DNA of 57,766 nt. Origin: Candidatus Nomurabacteria bacterium (GTDB taxonomy: Bacteria > Patescibacteriota > Minisyncoccia > Phycocordibacterales > UBA9973). Below, piece by piece: positions 55,671 to 57,766 of this stretch. The translations under genes and the position numbers were made by a program. The notes below the pieces were generated by a model, which saw only the letters and a program-made list of their open reading frames with translations, made no database searches and was not told where the DNA came from. Position 1 is the stretch's first letter. The number at the start of each line of letters is the position of its first letter. Location: contig JAHFNO010000007.1 in assembly GCA_023267275.1 (NCBI GenBank), forward strand, positions 1 to 57,766, in the 5' to 3' direction.

Positions 55671-56066
55671 ATGGCTTCCTATCTAAAGAAACAAAATCTA
55701 TTTAAAGAAATCCTTTTTTCTCGAACGACTGCGTTGGTGGTTTTGTTTGCTGTCTTTTTTACTGGATATGGACTGGTGTCGTTGATTGGCAAAAGTATCA
55801 ACGAGGCCAAGGCGCGCAAGGTTGCCGAAGCACAGGCTTCTGAGCTTTCAAAAAAACAAACAGAACTTTCTGAAAAACTTTCCGTGCTCAATACTGCAGA
55901 CGGACAAGAATCCGCACTGCGAGAACAATTTCCTGTGGTGAAAGAGGGCGAGCATGTGGTGGTGATTACCGGGAGTGAAGATACAACAAGCAATCCCGAC
56001 GGTAGTGGCGCAAATCAATCGAAGCAATCTGGGTTTTGGAATTTTGTAAAAAGCGTTTTTAAATAG
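55671..56066 (+). CDS. septum formation initiator (FtsB/DivIC-like)
   Basis: TM, coiled coil, then E..LREQF..VKEGE.VVVI. Confidence 0.8.
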   Translation: MASYLKKQNLFKEILFSRTTALVVLFAVFFTGYGLVSLIGKSINEAKARKVAEAQASELSKKQTELSEKLSVLNTADGQESALREQFPVVKEGEHVVVITGSEDTTSNPDGSGANQSKQSGFWNFVKSVFK

Positions 56067-56113
56067 AGTATCCGGTAGATTTTTTATGGTATAATAAAGA
56101 AAAACAACTTTTT

Positions 56114-56332
56114 ATGGGAAAAATTATAGTTAGGAGACTTACAAAGAAAGAAAAAATAGATCAAAGTAAGGCTGATGATCAATATGCAAAACTTATTTCC
56201 GATAATACAATAGAAGCTCGAGAAAAAAGAGTTGCTTTGTATAGACACATGTCTGGTATGGCAAAACTATACTATACTGATATGTACACCACCGACCTTC
56301 TTTGTATTTCGAATGAAGGAAAAAAAGCATGA
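56114..56332 (+). CDS. hypothetical protein (orphan)
   Basis: 72-aa ORF after TGGTATAAT; terminator aaaagccacggcatgccgtggctttt. Confidence 0.55.
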   Translation: MGKIIVRRLTKKEKIDQSKADDQYAKLISDNTIEAREKRVALYRHMSGMAKLYYTDMYTTDLLCISNEGKKA

Positions 56333-56512
56333 GAAAAAATTTTATTATAAAAGCCACGGCATGCCGTGGCTTTTTGTTTTTGCTTTGAACTTTGTATTTT
56401 TGGGCGGAGTGAGCTTAATTTTTGAAAGACCTCTGCTGGCTCGACGGAGCCAAAAGGAGAAAATCCTCAGCAGAGGATTTTCGCGTCTTTCAAAAATTTA
56501 TGCGAGCGTATT

Positions 56513-57562
56513 TTATTCTTCTAGATTTGGTTTTTCAAGAGTCAGTGCTTCAAGTTGTGGTGCTTCGCCAGCGATACGCATGACGTCTTTGTCTACTTTT
56601 TTAAATTCCTTACCGCTCGCATTGTAATGATTGACCGCAGTGGAGAGCGCATTCCCAAGCTTTGCATGATAGTCCTCAAATGATTTCAAATGTTTTCCAA
56701 GCTCGCCGACGCGTTTGACGATGTCCTTTGCCGTCTCTTCAATTTGGAGCGCGCGTAATCCTTGCAATACTGTTTGCAAGTAGGCAAGGAATGAAGTAGG
56801 GGAAACAATGATAACTTTGTACTTTGATGCCGCGCGCTGGATGAGATTTTCAGCATTTTCTTCTGTGGATCCAACATTGTTTACGAGAAGATCATAGTAG
56901 ATGGCTTCGTGTGGAATAAACATAAAGGCAAATTCCATTGTTCCGTTTTCTGGCTGAATATATTTTGCTGTTTCTGTGATGCGAAGCTTTAAATCATTTA
57001 CAAACATTTTTTCATACTCGGCTTTGCGGATCGGATCTTTTTCTCCGGCAAGACGATTGTAGTTGTCGAGAGAAAATTTTGAATCTACAGGAATGACTTT
57101 GTCTTTTACAAATACGGCTGCATCCACAATAGTGCCGTCGGGGAATGTGTACTGCATTTCGTATCCATTGGAAGGAAGAATGTTTTTAAGCAGTGCCTCG
57201 AGATAATATTCGCCGAGGATTCCGCGTTGCTTTGGATTTTTCAAAATATCTTGAAGTTCCTCGAGCTGTTCTGTGAAGCCAACAACTTGTTTGTTGGTGA
57301 CATCAAGCAGTGTGAGTTTTTCCGTAACCTCCTGAATAATCTTTGTCGACTCGCTCGCTTGATGACGCATAGCCTGGTTGATTTCTTTTGAACTTTCGCC
57401 GAGCTTCATGTCGACTGTGCGGGTGAGCTCGTTCATTTGTTGCAGAAGGAGTTTGAGACCAGTGTCGTCAGCGGCTGCGGGCGCGGTTTTTTTACGCAGT
57501 AAAAAAACCGCGCTTCCAATGCCGACCAGGATTCCAATAATGATGAGAAGTATTGTTTGCAT
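56513..57562 (-). CDS. rmuC: DNA recombination protein RmuC
   Basis: N-terminal TM, KQRGILGE, PVDSKF, AFMFIPHE, SPTS. Confidence 0.93.
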   Translation of the reverse strand: MQTILLIIIGILVGIGSAVFLLRKKTAPAAADDTGLKLLLQQMNELTRTVDMKLGESSKEINQAMRHQASESTKIIQEVTEKLTLLDVTNKQVVGFTEQLEELQDILKNPKQRGILGEYYLEALLKNILPSNGYEMQYTFPDGTIVDAAVFVKDKVIPVDSKFSLDNYNRLAGEKDPIRKAEYEKMFVNDLKLRITETAKYIQPENGTMEFAFMFIPHEAIYYDLLVNNVGSTEENAENLIQRAASKYKVIIVSPTSFLAYLQTVLQGLRALQIEETAKDIVKRVGELGKHLKSFEDYHAKLGNALSTAVNHYNASGKEFKKVDKDVMRIAGEAPQLEALTLEKPNLEE

Positions 57563-57598
57563 AAATAGATTGTAACATATGGCTATTTTTGCTATATA

Positions 57599-57627
57599 TT
57601 GACTTTTTATATTATAAGTAGTATAAT
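57599..57627 (+). promoter_or_regulatory. near-consensus sigma70 promoter
   Basis: TTGACT-17 bp-TATAAT. Confidence 0.7.
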
Positions 57628-57672
57628 TCTATTAAATTCATTTACCCTAGCGGACGGGCTCAATCCGAACAC

Positions 57673-57766
57673 CTACAATTTCCCATCTAGGGAATTTTTT
57701 TGTTTCAAATACTCGCTAAGCACTTCACTCGGAGTCTTGTAGTCCAAACATTTCATCGACCGTCGA
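57673..57766 (-). mobile_element. 3' end of probable IS30-family transposase (truncated by window edge)
   Basis: ...RRSMKCLDYKTPSEVLSEYLKQKNSLDGKL* resembles the IS30 C-terminal RPRKCLGYKTP motif. Confidence 0.65.

Overview
This is a core chromosomal region of a small-genome bacterium, very probably Patescibacteria/CPR (Parcubacteria-like). That assignment is inferred from the archaeal-type ProRS, tRNAs without encoded CCA, scarce Shine-Dalgarno sites and paired TraG/VirD4-like ATPases. Housekeeping genes: tsf, rpsB, proS, mreBC, tgt, uvrB/A/C, ddl-like, gdhA, UDG, ndh, mgtA, ychF, tsaC, leuS, murJ, lepA, rmuC, tRNA-Thr and tRNA-Ala. Between them lie AT-rich orphan genes with their own promoters, a tyrosine-integrase island at tRNA-Ala and the 3' end of an IS30-like transposase. 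The most striking signal is a pervasive set of small dispersed elements: (i) arrays of 4-5 heptamers (sometimes octamers) that bracket a four-helix-bundle (IVP/bAvd-like) gene as inverted arms and also occur as a sequence-matched gene-less site, as solo arms at gene starts and ends, and in frame inside uvrB, uvrC, leuS and lepA; (ii) a GTCATCCTGAA double-hairpin repeat (5 copies, one in frame in uvrC); (iii) a 52-bp covarying hairpin repeat in frame in both tgt and uvrA; (iv) a 39-bp direct-repeat-flanked GNRA-hairpin insert in tsaC; (v) long palindromes and remnants that duplicate the 3' ends of tRNA-Thr and ychF. Other notable items are a NUDIX domain inserted in LeuRS and a catalytically degenerate Ddl. 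All calls were made by eye, with no database searches.
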